In this document: positions 32,301-42,759 of the stretch, piece after piece | Layout: each line of letters starts with the position of its first letter | Numbering within the stretch: position 1 is the stretch's first letter | Source of the DNA: Asterionella formosa | Taxonomy: Eukaryota | NCBI GenBank assembly: GCA_002256025.1 | Contig: NKIB01013611.1 | Location: 1 to 54,806 of the forward strand | DNA length: 54,806 bases | Direction: 5' to 3' | Made by a program: the position numbers and the translations under genes | The notes under the pieces: model-generated | What the model was told of the DNA's origin: nothing | What the model saw: only the letters and a program-made list of their open reading frames with translations | Database searches by the model: none

Positions 32301-35110
32301 GAAAAGAGGCTACAATTCTCATTCCAGAAGCCCTTTCTGCCCTTGGGGTTTTGAAGCTAATCACCACGTACGAGGAAGACGACGATGAATCTGATGACAA
32401 CTCAAGGGGAAGCCTTGGCGAAGAAAGGTTTCTGCAGATCATGCATGTCATTCAACATGAGTATGGGGAATATCTTTCTACTGAAGAAAAAGGAATGAAG
32501 GAACTTACGCACGATGCAGAGCGTCGATGGAATCGAGCCTTCGTCGAAGCTTACATGATGCAAGCCGAAGATTGGGATTCGGAACTTCCTGATTCGTCAC
32601 GTGATTATGCGTTAGAACTTCTCGTCTCGCACATGCTTCGAGCTGAGATGTTCGCTGAAGCCGCTAAATTGCTGGCTGACGAGAGCTTTGTGAGGGGCCG
32701 CATGCTTGCACTCGGCAGGGAAAACGCAACCCGTCGTCACATCAAGGACTGCGAACTTCTTTACAAGCTCGTATCTGTAAAGGTGGAAACAACGAGAGTA
32801 TCTACCGATCCAAGAACAGCAATGATTCGGGCTTACGAAACTCTAGGAAGTCTGTTGAGGACGGAGGGTGCAGGGAACAATATAGAGGAAGGACGAATGC
32901 TCTCCATCGAGGCTGGTCGAGCACACTACGAGATCGGTTTTTCTCTTTCCGAGAAACGATGCTTGGATGCAGCAATCGCGCATTGGGAGAGTAGCCAGGA
33001 ATTGCTTCTCTCTTCTCTTGGCATGGTCGAGTTTGTGGCTGCAATTTTATACAATGTTGGAGTAGTGTACGCTGAAATGAACGAATACGAGCAAGCGCTC
33101 GCGTCATTGAAGCAGTGTCTTCGTATTCGAGGAGCCATCCATGGAGAAGAGCATATTCTCTACGCTCAGACCATTCAAAAAATTGGTGACGTCTTTCTTG
33201 GTATGAGTGACTACACTGAAGCAATGGAAAGTTACAACTGGGCAATTGATGTGATGCACATTGAACCCAGTCATCATCGAGTTGATATCGGTGATATCCT
33301 TGATAACATGGGCAACACACATTACAGTAAGGGTGAGGTTCCAGAAGCACTACGATGTTATCAAGATGCATTACGATCGAAGAAAGTTGAGCTTGGAGAT
33401 GACCACCCCGAGCTCGCTGTCACATACCAACACATTGGAAACTGTCTCTCAGACCAAGGTGACACCGACGAAGCTATTGCTCACTTTGAAGAAGCTATCC
33501 GGCTGAAGGAGCTAGACCCTGATGGGGAAGCCGAAAGAGATGCCGATGTGCTGTCCATAGAAGGCGTGCTCAACAACTTGACTGGACGACAAGAGGATGG
33601 GTTACTGTGCTACGAAAAGTCGCTCGAAATCTTGGTTACCAAGGTGCCTCATAGAAAGGAAAAAATTGCGGCCTTACTTCACTTGATTGGTTGTGTTCAC
33701 TTAATGAATGGCGAACACAAAAAGGCCATGAAGCTTTTCGAAGAAAGTTTGCAAGCTCGACGAAAAGTCCTTGGCTTTGTCCACTTAGATGTTGCCAGCA
33801 CATTATTCAATATGGCTTTCTTGCATCAAACCCGAAATCGCCTCGACAAGGCCCTGAAATGCCTAGAAGAGGCCTTGAAGATCCGTCAGTTACGGCTTCC
33901 AGACAGTGAGAAGGTTGCGCTTACTCACGAGAAGATTGGCACGCTCGCGAAAGCGATTGGGAAGAGTAAGAAAGCAGAAATATCATTTGAAGAAGCACTG
34001 CGCATTCGTCGCCTAATTCATGGTGATGAGCACGAAGCTGTGGCGACTGTTCTGCATGAAATGGGTGACCTTATGGATGATCTTGGAGAATATGACGAAG
34101 CCATGAACAACTATGTTGACGCCCTCAACATTCGACGAAAACGACTCGGGCTGCACGAAGATGTTGCTGCTACTTTGTATAGCATGGGATTCACGCTTCA
34201 CAATCAAGATCAATCTCAACGCGCCCTGAAGTGCTTCGAGGAAGCTCTGAATATCCGGAAGGCCCGACTCGGTGAAGAGGCTAAGGAGGTAGGAGACACG
34301 CTCAATATGATGGGATTTCTTCAAGCTAAAAGTGGGGAACTAGACAGCGCTCTCACGCTTCTCTGGGACGCGCTTCGCATCCGCAAGGCACACAAAGATG
34401 ATGTAAAGGTCTCCGAGACGCTTAAAAATATCGGCAATGTCCATCGTGAAAAGCAAGAACATGAACTTGCTGTCGAATGTTATGAAGAATGCCTCAGAAT
34501 TCGTCGTAGCGAACTTGGTGACGACCACGAAAAGGTTGCTGATGCGCTCATTGCTATTGGAAACGTCCGCAGTGACATGGAAAGAATAGACGATGCAATG
34601 CGGGCTTATCAGGAAGCCCTCCAGATTCGCACCGTGGTGCATGGTGAAAATGATGAACGCGTTGCTGCCGTCCTCCAGTATATGGGCACAATGGAGTTTC
34701 GAGCTGGTGATTTAGACCGAGCTCGTGCTTTCCTGGAGGATTTCGTTCGCATTCGCAAACAGAACAATTCACAAAATGACGGCGACTACGTCAACGTTTT
34801 GTTCATGATTGGTAATATCCACAAGATTCAAGGTGACGATATTGCAGCTAAGCGATGCTGGTCGGAAGCATATGATGTGTTCCAAGAGCTTGGATTGGCC
34901 AGTGAGAACCCACAGATTGCCCGTGTAATGGATAGTCTCTTGCATGGAAGTAGAAGTACCCGCGCACCATCTCAAAAGCGACCTCCTCAGGATGATGAAA
35001 GAATGCCAAACAGGCCGCCAGGTGGCTTCATTGGTCGTATTACTGCTAGTCTCAAGGATACATTGCGAGAAGAAAAATTGCCAAAGTATTTAGGCCCAAA
35101 TAAGCATTAG
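29342..35110 (+). CDS. STAND NTPase (NB-ARC-like)-TPR protein, NLR-like architecture, 1922 aa, no intron
   Basis: Walker A GMAGVGKT (31319-31342), Walker B VLVILDD (31619-31639), sensor-like LLVTTK, GLPL-like CANHPLAV, MHD-position MHV (32441-32449), then many ~42-aa TPRs; Ser-rich N-terminus. Confidence 0.9.
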   Translation: MGLPKEGAVVDEDPYGNFSYNDTRRAHEDDDSSSSSSSSSSSASSANYSSNSRSESQSESSHSETSRSESSRSATSQSENSSQHVTTSPSESSSGSASESYSSKSRSSVSESDSNSLDSEDSESSDSESEESGSRRLEKDDNYDGKSSRSGTSESVSESESDSESSSPSESSYSELEEDPVDNRRRGTRSEGNKPELNTGDSPRGFSDDYRDHLGFQEESPSGSTPYDGEGHDGRRSLERTISSDQGGVPLRRAQSPTTTVSSLSASLVTGVFSMSQAKRRTHHDHDDDEDTLDEEPVVKPHRRKRRGQRSSALDELEANLAETMSVLTPEENRKTVRELVAMREKGEGYDRGESVDVTTHTSHHLLHGFEALLGALLQLSDELELISTFGGVTLDGQSTVVSSDALNAVLSHAPTLDQVFTSLKPILQNYLEEESDDEMDHLLGRAQKLVRLLCEITYRVCQRQEWNPRAETAYVTLLELLERTTLEIACVYEDQSVPEYQLSGNLRRAWAATGHVEELKTLYVTNDTWLFRQVCYEVLVSTDQWCPNTRDLGSVCDVANSVMDEEASVPDPEARLAPTPQAALQVLDKINGEPLLRSSMMASILRRILPPHAMTDTAVLDSFSSIRSTIRNPLGLSGTTNTVAISSISEDLSDPKAMGMAGVGKTTMAALVARHSDVRRFFKDGIAWVHVGKEELDYKRYTQCLRELVAQLVFYDGDPLFAELLHTPGEPSSKRKRREEGFMIYARDTVTDLLQMRNVLVILDDIYYEQDLEWFHFIPQVPQKSRLSKKKEEAFSSSLLVTTKMRDLLPAADTVEIDLLEETDAIKLLVTESGQSSDHVMASSKEARQVVRECANHPLAVKSVGRWLSLKHATAGVISSVEEIHEDVVKSIDKILNGTDKESDMIYEIMGMSFSPAVNGQPTNVIKFCFAAFVQVFCCEKYLSEFTPSNTPPMVPWATAALLFETLLEMEEETLFQEGSLFYSQRKEATILIPEALSALGVLKLITTYEEDDDESDDNSRGSLGEERFLQIMHVIQHEYGEYLSTEEKGMKELTHDAERRWNRAFVEAYMMQAEDWDSELPDSSRDYALELLVSHMLRAEMFAEAAKLLADESFVRGRMLALGRENATRRHIKDCELLYKLVSVKVETTRVSTDPRTAMIRAYETLGSLLRTEGAGNNIEEGRMLSIEAGRAHYEIGFSLSEKRCLDAAIAHWESSQELLLSSLGMVEFVAAILYNVGVVYAEMNEYEQALASLKQCLRIRGAIHGEEHILYAQTIQKIGDVFLGMSDYTEAMESYNWAIDVMHIEPSHHRVDIGDILDNMGNTHYSKGEVPEALRCYQDALRSKKVELGDDHPELAVTYQHIGNCLSDQGDTDEAIAHFEEAIRLKELDPDGEAERDADVLSIEGVLNNLTGRQEDGLLCYEKSLEILVTKVPHRKEKIAALLHLIGCVHLMNGEHKKAMKLFEESLQARRKVLGFVHLDVASTLFNMAFLHQTRNRLDKALKCLEEALKIRQLRLPDSEKVALTHEKIGTLAKAIGKSKKAEISFEEALRIRRLIHGDEHEAVATVLHEMGDLMDDLGEYDEAMNNYVDALNIRRKRLGLHEDVAATLYSMGFTLHNQDQSQRALKCFEEALNIRKARLGEEAKEVGDTLNMMGFLQAKSGELDSALTLLWDALRIRKAHKDDVKVSETLKNIGNVHREKQEHELAVECYEECLRIRRSELGDDHEKVADALIAIGNVRSDMERIDDAMRAYQEALQIRTVVHGENDERVAAVLQYMGTMEFRAGDLDRARAFLEDFVRIRKQNNSQNDGDYVNVLFMIGNIHKIQGDDIAAKRCWSEAYDVFQELGLASENPQIARVMDSLLHGSRSTRAPSQKRPPQDDERMPNRPPGGFIGRITASLKDTLREEKLPKYLGPNKH

Positions 35111-35778
35111 CTCCTAAATTGCCATGTCAATATAATCATTAGAGCATATCAAATTATGAGCATCAGTTGCAGCGCTCTCCTTCACATCCTTTTTTTATGT
35201 AGATCTGATTGCACTTTAAAAAGGTGTCATGCAAAAGGTACATATGAGGATAGCCTTATGAAGTAGCAAGATGCACATGGCTGATAGCATACATATTCAG
35301 CATCGTACAGAAATCTATCAGAGAATCTTCTTTTACACGTTTGCCAAAGTAAATCATAATATTCCCATGGCCTCTTGCCGAATTAGCACTCTCCAATTTT
35401 TAGGCCCTGCGACATTTCAACCTAATTCGCCTGCCAATTCAGCTGCTGCTTGAGGCGATAATAACGTTTGTTGATTTTCGTGTTGCTGGACATGTTGGAG
35501 GATGGTTGGTGGAGAAAAACAAAGATTGAAGCTAGTAGCTAATAGTACAAGTATTGATGATGCATTATGTCAGTTAGCTAGTATGTGGAATCCTTACTGC
35601 ATCACCACAAAGCTCTTGTGAAATTGTCTATGCATGTTGCTCTAAGCAATCTGATCTGACAATTGACCATTCTGGATTCAAGGGCCCCTTGGACGTTCTG
35701 GTGAGTCATACTATGACTTTGGCCTTTTGGTGAGAAGACAAGGGGACTGCAAAGGATAAGGAAAGGTTGTGAGCAGGT

Positions 35779-36296
35779 TGGGCCTATCAGCCAGGAAGCC
35801 CACCAGATCTGCATTGTGGTGCATGGTGAAAACTGTGAACACATTGCTGCCTTACCAAAGTATACTACGAGTGTAATAGAATTTCGTCCTGGCAATTTAG
35901 ACTGAGTTCATGATTTCCTGGGGCATTTCATTTGTATTTGCAAGCAGAACAATCTACAAAATGATGGTGACTAGCTATGTCTATGCACATCAACATTTTG
36001 TTCATGACTGGTACTATTATTCAGTAGGTTCAATCTGATGATATTGCAGCTATGTGATGGTGCTGGTTGGAAGTGCACAAAGTACACCAATGGCTTGGAT
36101 TGGCCAGTGAGAACCCTCAGAATTCCCATTTAATGTATATTAGTTGCCCACCATCCTCTCAGAAGTGACATGATGTTGTAGTTTCAGTGTCAAACAGGTC
36201 AATGGTTGGCTTCATTGTTGGCCAATACTACCACTGCTGGTCTCTAGGACACATTGAAGGGAGAAAAGTTGCCACAGTTTGTTAGGCCCTAAACAG
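35779..36296 (+). pseudogene. Decayed tandem duplicate of the last ~500 bp of the NB-ARC-TPR gene
   Basis: Colinear with 34601-35105 (gtggtgcatggtgaaaa, cagaacaat, ttttgttcatga, gatattgcagcta, gcttggattggccagtgagaaccc, ttaggccc) but with indels and stops. Confidence 0.92.
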
Positions 36297-36512
36297 TTTT
36301 TCCTATACCTGATGGTACTCTATTTCTATCTCAATACCGGTAAACCACCGGCATCACTTGAATTACTATGAGCAATTTCATGTGATAAAAGAACTACCTT
36401 TAGCCGTCACCGCACAAAAAATGCACAGAAGAGAACCATTATTTATGCATGTCATGATATATTTTATCTGCATCGTGAAATCTTGATTCCGTGTTGTGAT
36501 AGTTTGGCCTCA

Positions 36513-38073
36513 ATGATCGCCATGAAGGGGTCAGCGTCTGTGTTCTTTCGGCGACGATCGCTTCCACGAGGTTGCTATCACCATGTCGATCTCTCCTGTT
36601 TCTTGGGTAAGAATGAGAATGACCGGCAAAGGAGGCAGCGATCGTTTCTAAGCCAACCTCCAATGCCAAGATCATCACTCACCAGAAATGCTGAACCGAC
36701 ATTTTGTTCCACGCGGCCAATGTCAATGATGCCTGATTTCATGTCGAACCTCCACTTCTGGGGCGGTGCCGGCGTTATGATAAAGGCGATTCACTTTAAT
36801 GGAGCCATTCCATATTGGACCTCCATCGCGCTCTTCAATGTTTCGGTCCGAACAGGACTGTTTCCTTTCGTCATTTATTCAGCGCATAACGCATCCAGAT
36901 TCGCCAAAGTGGCCCCCGAAGTGCAGTTCGCCATCACTGTTTTCCAAAACGATTTGAAAAAGAGTCGAGCAGAAGGAACAAGCCCGAAAGAGCAGGCTCG
37001 TCTCTTTCGCCAAGTCCTAGAGCTCATTTCGGGATTATATAAACTTCACAGTGTTAATCCACTCAGTGTATTCATTTCGCCACTCTGTCAGATTCCCATC
37101 TTTTGGTACTTTAGCGTCGATTTGAGAAAAATCATCAATGGAGCGGACCCGGGCCTGGCGCAGCAACTGACTGAAGGAGGCATGCTTTGGTTTCCAGATC
37201 TCACCAACCCGGATCCTTGGTTCGCTTTGCCTGTATTAAGTGGCCTATTGCTATACTATAACGTTGAAGTCGCAGTGGGTAAAGCATCTCTGAGCGGGGA
37301 GGTCGCTAGTAAGAGTAACTTGGCTATGATTTTGAAAGACGCATTTCAGAGTACGTAACGAATGAAGCACCACTGCAGGTCAATACTACGCTTGAACCTA
37401 ATCACTGACACACCCATATTAAGGCCTTGCTATCTTCATGCCGGGATTCGTGTCCCAATCTCCTGCCGGTGTTCAAATTTATCTGCTGACATCGTTCACT
37501 TTCACGCTTTTTCAGAGCTATGCTCTCCGCAGTGACACATTTCGAAAAATCATTGGCCTTCCCCTGAAATCCAGCGAAGTCCCTATTGAACCTATTTACG
37601 CCAAGGGTTTCATCGAATTGAAAAAATGGGAAAAGAAAGCAATAGCAGCATGGGGAAATCGGCCAATGCCTGGTGATGGAATCATGGCCGCAGGATTCAA
37701 GATAGCCATGCCTGGGAGGAAGCGACCTTCAACCATAAAGGGGAGCGGTATTCAACCACTAGACCTTGATGATATGTATATACCAACTCCTCGCATGCAG
37801 ATTCCGCAGCAACATGTTACGTTCATTCATGGTATATCGGCTCCGATTGAAGAAATGCCCTTTGCAGTCACGGAGCCCAAAGAAGAGAAACACGCACCCA
37901 CATTGGTTACGACGATGAATGTTTCAGACTTAGACATGGAGCGAGCGAACCGCGGAGAAGTACCACTCAAGTATCTCAAGAAGATTGAACCAGACGTCAG
38001 ACCCAATGAACTCAACCTTAAACGATTCAAATTACAATCGACCAAGAAGAAAGGAGTTGGGAAAAAACGTTAA
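36513..38073 (+). CDS. Oxa1/Cox18 (YidC family) mitochondrial inner-membrane insertase; exons 36513-37350, 37424-38073
   Basis: PYWTSIALFNVSVRTGLFP, PLCQIPIFWYF, GGMLWFPDLTNPDPWFALP, PAGVQIY; Arg/Ser-rich presequence. Start codon uncertain (36513 or 36522). Confidence 0.88.
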
Positions 38074-38379
38074 GCACTAAATTGATTTTGCCAAGTCCTG
38101 GTACATGGGTATGTAGCGCCACCTTCAACAATAGCATACTGGCACTCCGATTGCTGCCTGGTAGACATGGTACCTGGTAGTGTCCATTTTCCAACTTGCT
38201 TGTTGGTGGAGAGTATTGTGTGATGCCTGTATTTGCAGGCACATGACCCCAGCTGTCACGAAGTCACGCTCTTATTGTATAAAATGATAATTCAAAGATT
38301 TGAAACGAGTAGGACCTCAAACCTCAACTATGGAGTCAACCTCCGTAGTAGAAATGACTCAGTTCTATGACTGCATTTT

Positions 38380-38870
38380 GGTAGTTTCTTCAGTGACCTT
38401 GAATGATGCCATCGGGAATAAAATGTCAATGCAGGACTATTTTATCGTAAGAATCATGTGTAATTCAATAATGACAATTTTTAAGTGTTCAAACCCTTGG
38501 ACCATGCAGGTTATATTCAAAATGGACGCAAATGGAGTGCTTAAATCAGGCAGTCATACATGTTGCTTTATATCTGGTTGGATGAAAATGATCTACCCAT
38601 GCATCCCCATTCCACTGAGTGAGTGAGTCAACACACTTACTGTTACCTACTTTCGCCCACCAAGGCTGCCATTCCACAGCTATGAGTGTACCACAGATAC
38701 ATGTACGGTTAGTATGCCGACTCAGTCCGGCCACAACATATCCTTGGCCAATGCAGACAACAGTATATTAGCCTTTTAGCACCTTCACTCCTAGCTAATA
38801 AAAGACCATTCCTATTGGTAGTACAACAACACCAAAACCAATCATGTGATCTGGATTGGTTTGGCAGTAT
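38380..38870 (-). mobile_element. Possible highly decayed copia-type RNase H remnant
   Basis: Weak minus-strand echoes GMVFY*LGV...TVV and IVLH*HFIPDGIIQG of copia RNase H; many stops. Confidence 0.2.
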
Positions 38871-39109
38871 CTGCGATGGCACTGGAAGATTTTAGGAACT
38901 ATCAGATTACTATGTGAATACCTAAAGAACACCATTCACCCGTTCAGCACAATGTTAGTGCTAACAAATTGTCTACTAGGTATATTTAGGCGGGTGTTGG
39001 CGAAAGATTGCTCACCTGGGTAACTCTCCAAAAAGTGCGCCTGACTTGTTTAGAGGATTGTAGGTCATTTTGGCCCAGTAGCAATTTCAAAATAGGGCTG
39101 TCTGGTGAA

Positions 39110-39600
39110 GATATGTTGATGACAAGCGACACTTGGAAAGCAGATCAAGTGCCTGCTTGCCCATGAAGACATTGTCATCCAACATGTCACTCATGCAACC
39201 AAAAACACAAGGCTGGATGAAGAGAAGATTCCGAATTTTGTTGTCTACATCAACAATTAATTTTACATTCGAATTGCATGCTGGAAAAATTATTAATTTT
39301 GATGAGACAAACATCAATTTAGACATGATTGGATCAAGGACTATAGCAAACCATGGCAATAGGACCATCGCTCGGGCTTCGAATTATGCATAGAGAATTC
39401 AAATTGTTGCACTTTGTTGCTTGTTAGGTGTCATAAAAAGTCACCGCCATTCATTGTATTTACAGGAACAACAAGGGATGGAAGCATTGCCAGTCAATTG
39501 CAATCATTAGATAACAATCAACAAAATTTTCATTGCAGTATTAAATATATTGATAAAGACATATTCTTACAATGGATCAAAAAAGGTTTGGCATTCATTT
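39110..39600 (+). mobile_element. Decayed pogo/Tc1-mariner-like (DDE_1) transposase fragment
   Basis: KIINFDETNINLDM..RTIANHGNRT, KKSPPFIVFTG...G.I, DKDIFLQWIK; interrupted by stops and frameshifts. Confidence 0.75.
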
Positions 39601-39659
39601 GCTTTGGGAAAAGGCGGCAAGCCTACTCACATTATTGCAAATGTTTTTACTTTTCACAA

Positions 39660-39760
39660 GGTAGAATATTGGCAGTGTTTGATAATAATGCTACCAGTTG
39701 CTATGACAGGATACTAATCAATTTGGCAATGATATGTGAATGGAGACTGAGTGTTCTAAG
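39660..39760 (+). mobile_element. Non-LTR retrotransposon reverse transcriptase fragment
   Basis: AVFDNNATSCYDRILINLAMICEWRL resembles the D..KA(F/C)YDR motif of non-LTR RTs. Confidence 0.55.
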
Positions 39761-39879
39761 CAATGGACGAAGCTGTGATGGCGCATTTGGAAACGCTAAG
39801 AGAACGTCATCAACTCTCTCTTTGAATCGACAGCATCACAACTTGTTAGTGATGCAAATAAGTATTAGACGAAAATAGT

Positions 39880-41140
39880 CAAAATGAGGCAAATGGCCGA
39901 AAAAAGAAAATGACAATGACAGGGGCAATAGAGGGGTGGAATGAAGCAAAAGTAAGAAGTCTTGTTAACTTTGCTTTATTCTATCCAAACTCAAAATCAT
40001 TCTTTTTCCGGCCGAGCGAAGCGATGAAAACAACCAATAATGAACGGTTCTATATTTATTAGGATTTGAATATTCATATGCTTGCATCATCATATGTAAC
40101 AACTATTGGTACCTGATATAAGTCATATTTTCATACCACAATTTGCATGTTGGCTGGCTGGACTTATGCTGCTCAAGGTTTTAACTGAGGTAGCACTTGT
40201 AAGCCATTGTAGATTTGGCTTATATTACTCGATTCTTTTGTATATCATGTATGCATACCAGTATAGCACTACGAAATACTGTGTAGTCATCGTGAGCAGC
40301 TGGCGAATGCATGGTGCATCATGTCATGATCTCAGCCTTGACCATGAAATATTTAATTAATATCTCAATGAAAAATGAGAACGACGCTTTGCTATGACTA
40401 GGCACCAAGTACATTTATTAGGCACGATTATGAAAATACAATTGCAAAAGAATAGCTGCAATAACACTAATATTGACAAGGAAAAAAGAAATATCCAATG
40501 GCGCATTTTAAAATGAAATTTATAGATTCACAATTCAAAGCAACAATGTTATCAGCGGATTTTAAAAACTTTCACAGGAGCTGTACAACAACTAGAAGAC
40601 GACTAAAACAATAAAATGATAAATTAAAGCAAACTATTTCAAACAAGTAAATTATTAGTTTGATATGATTGTTTGTATTGAAGATGAAAAAAGGATGTAT
40701 TGTTTCATGGGAATGATGGAAGCATGATGGTGATGAGATTTCAAAAGTGTTTGTTTATCATAGCTATAAGTACTGTTATGCATACTATGTTCTATCTTCA
40801 TTAGTCGACAGTTGACAGTCGATATAGCCAGTAGCATGGTGGTAGCTTACAATTGTAGTATACCTAACATGAATATGTACTGTACATACATAATTTATAA
40901 TCCTACTAGGAAAATTGGGTTGTTTGGTTTGATGGTGCTGGCAGTTACAAACTTCCAATTGCAATGAATTTGAAAACTTTAATTGAGATAGGTTTTTTCA
41001 TCACTTTGGCTGGAAAAAGAGAACGATTTTGAGTTTGGAGAGAATAATGGAAAGTAAGCAAGACTTGCTTACTTTCAGGCCACCTCTCTATGATTGCCCT
41101 GCCGGTCATTGTTGTGTTTTGACATTTCCCTGTTGTTTTG
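39880..41140. repeat. Pair of ~150-bp inverted repeats (39880-40035 and 40991-41140) enclosing ~950 bp
   Basis: Left tattctatccaaactcaaaatcattctttttccggcc...gatgaaaacaacc versus reverse complement of right tattctctccaaactcaaaatcgttctctttttccagcc...gatgaaaaaacc. Confidence 0.85.
40283..40595 (+). repeat. Dispersed repeat family B, copy 2
   Basis: Colinear with 6915-7210. Confidence 0.75.
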
Positions 41141-42759
41141 AAGAATATAATTATTAGGATAAAACAAATTTCACTAAGTGGTGATCATATACTGTAAAAA
41201 AACCTTAGATACCAGCATCCTCCTTTGTACATATGGCGCAATGCTCCCAAATATTTCATGTGTACAGAAAAAATAACAGTGTATTATTGTATTCTAGCTA
41301 TTTGTTAATGTATTTATAATAGAATAGTCTTCTTACCAGTAACCATCTTGAAACGACAATCAACACCAACACGAGCGATGCCAATGACAGTTGCAATAGC
41401 AATACCCTTGGCCTGAGATCTATTTCAAGAGTTGAAGCTGCAAGTTGCAAGTTTGTTGTGACACGATTATGAAGCTGAACACGGGCCACTATAGGCTTAG
41501 GCAGTGCTGGCCTTGATGTTGTCGGCTTGCCGGAAGCGGTCATAGTAATATCCATCACAATCCAAGTCGTAAAGTTTACACAAATTAATATTGTTGTAGA
41601 AATAAGTACAAAAGATTACACACTCTAGGAATTAGTATTGATACCATCACGAAACTCTGGCGCAACAGTGCACCAACAATAGAAATTCTACTGATCAGCC
41701 ATAGAAACCGTTTGTACTTACGACAATATATCTATTAAATATTGCTTTTTTCGTTTTAGGCTACGGATAAAAAGGTGGTGAAGTTGGTTTTTTCACAATG
41801 TTGGTTGATCAGAAACGTACCTACCGGTATATCTTGTATTCCCCTCTTAGTAAAATCAGTCGTGGCTGTGTACATAGAAGGATAGGAGACACCTGGTTTT
41901 GAGGTACCGGTAGACGATTTTAAATACCGGGAGTGAATTTGTGACGTTTTCTATGTACCCTGTATTTTAACGCCTGTCCTGCGTCATATTTTCAATTTCA
42001 GCGAAATGACCGCAACTTGCAGGAAACTGTCCTGCGCGGTTCTTCAGCTGCCTGGTTCTACCAGCTACCAGGTAGACTATGCATACTGGTATAGTAGCAT
42101 TTAATACATGCATTATACTAGATACCGTAGCGGACTACCGGTAAGACGACCGAAGTGATGTCGTCAATCGTGACCTTCGAACTTGAGTGCCAGTTTACCA
42201 ATAAGTGAAGCGAAGAATGCAGCGATCAGATGCCTGCCATCAACGGTTCAATTGAAGTTGCAGATACCACATCCCCATCACTGCGGATACTCTGTTACTG
42301 CCTTCCCCTTTGGAAGACCTGTTTGGAACAAGGAGAGGAGATGATCACTAAGGTGCCAATATGAGCTAACAAAATACCGTGAGTAAGTCGTGACTACTTT
42401 CACCTTCAGGTTCACGGACCAGACTCGTCGGGGGCGCAGTTATCTATGGCATAAAGTCAGTTATACATGAATACACGAAGAAACTGTTATAATATTCTAT
42501 TCATGTAAAATAAATGTTCTATATGATATGTAAATGACAAATTGTGGCTTGTGAAATCTTATGTCTTGTGTTTTCTGTAGCGCAGGTACACTCTAACTTT
42601 TCTTGTTGTTTCTGGAAGTGATTCAGTGGCGAATATTTAGGGCGCAACTGGCGCCAAGCTTGCTGCTCCATAGTATACGGTTGTGCACAGAACTTTTTGT
42701 GTTCTTTTCTTTGTCTCTCTCTATAGCCTCTATTTATTCGATCATTCGAGCCTGTGATC

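Noticed and set aside
32900..34900. Kinesin light chain or nephrocystin-3 ortholog
   Set aside because: TPR type is similar, but the NB-ARC-like NTPase and overall architecture do not fit either.
41298..41558. 86-aa ORF as a gene
   Set aside because: Non-ATG first codon, no recognisable motif, lies in a decayed block.
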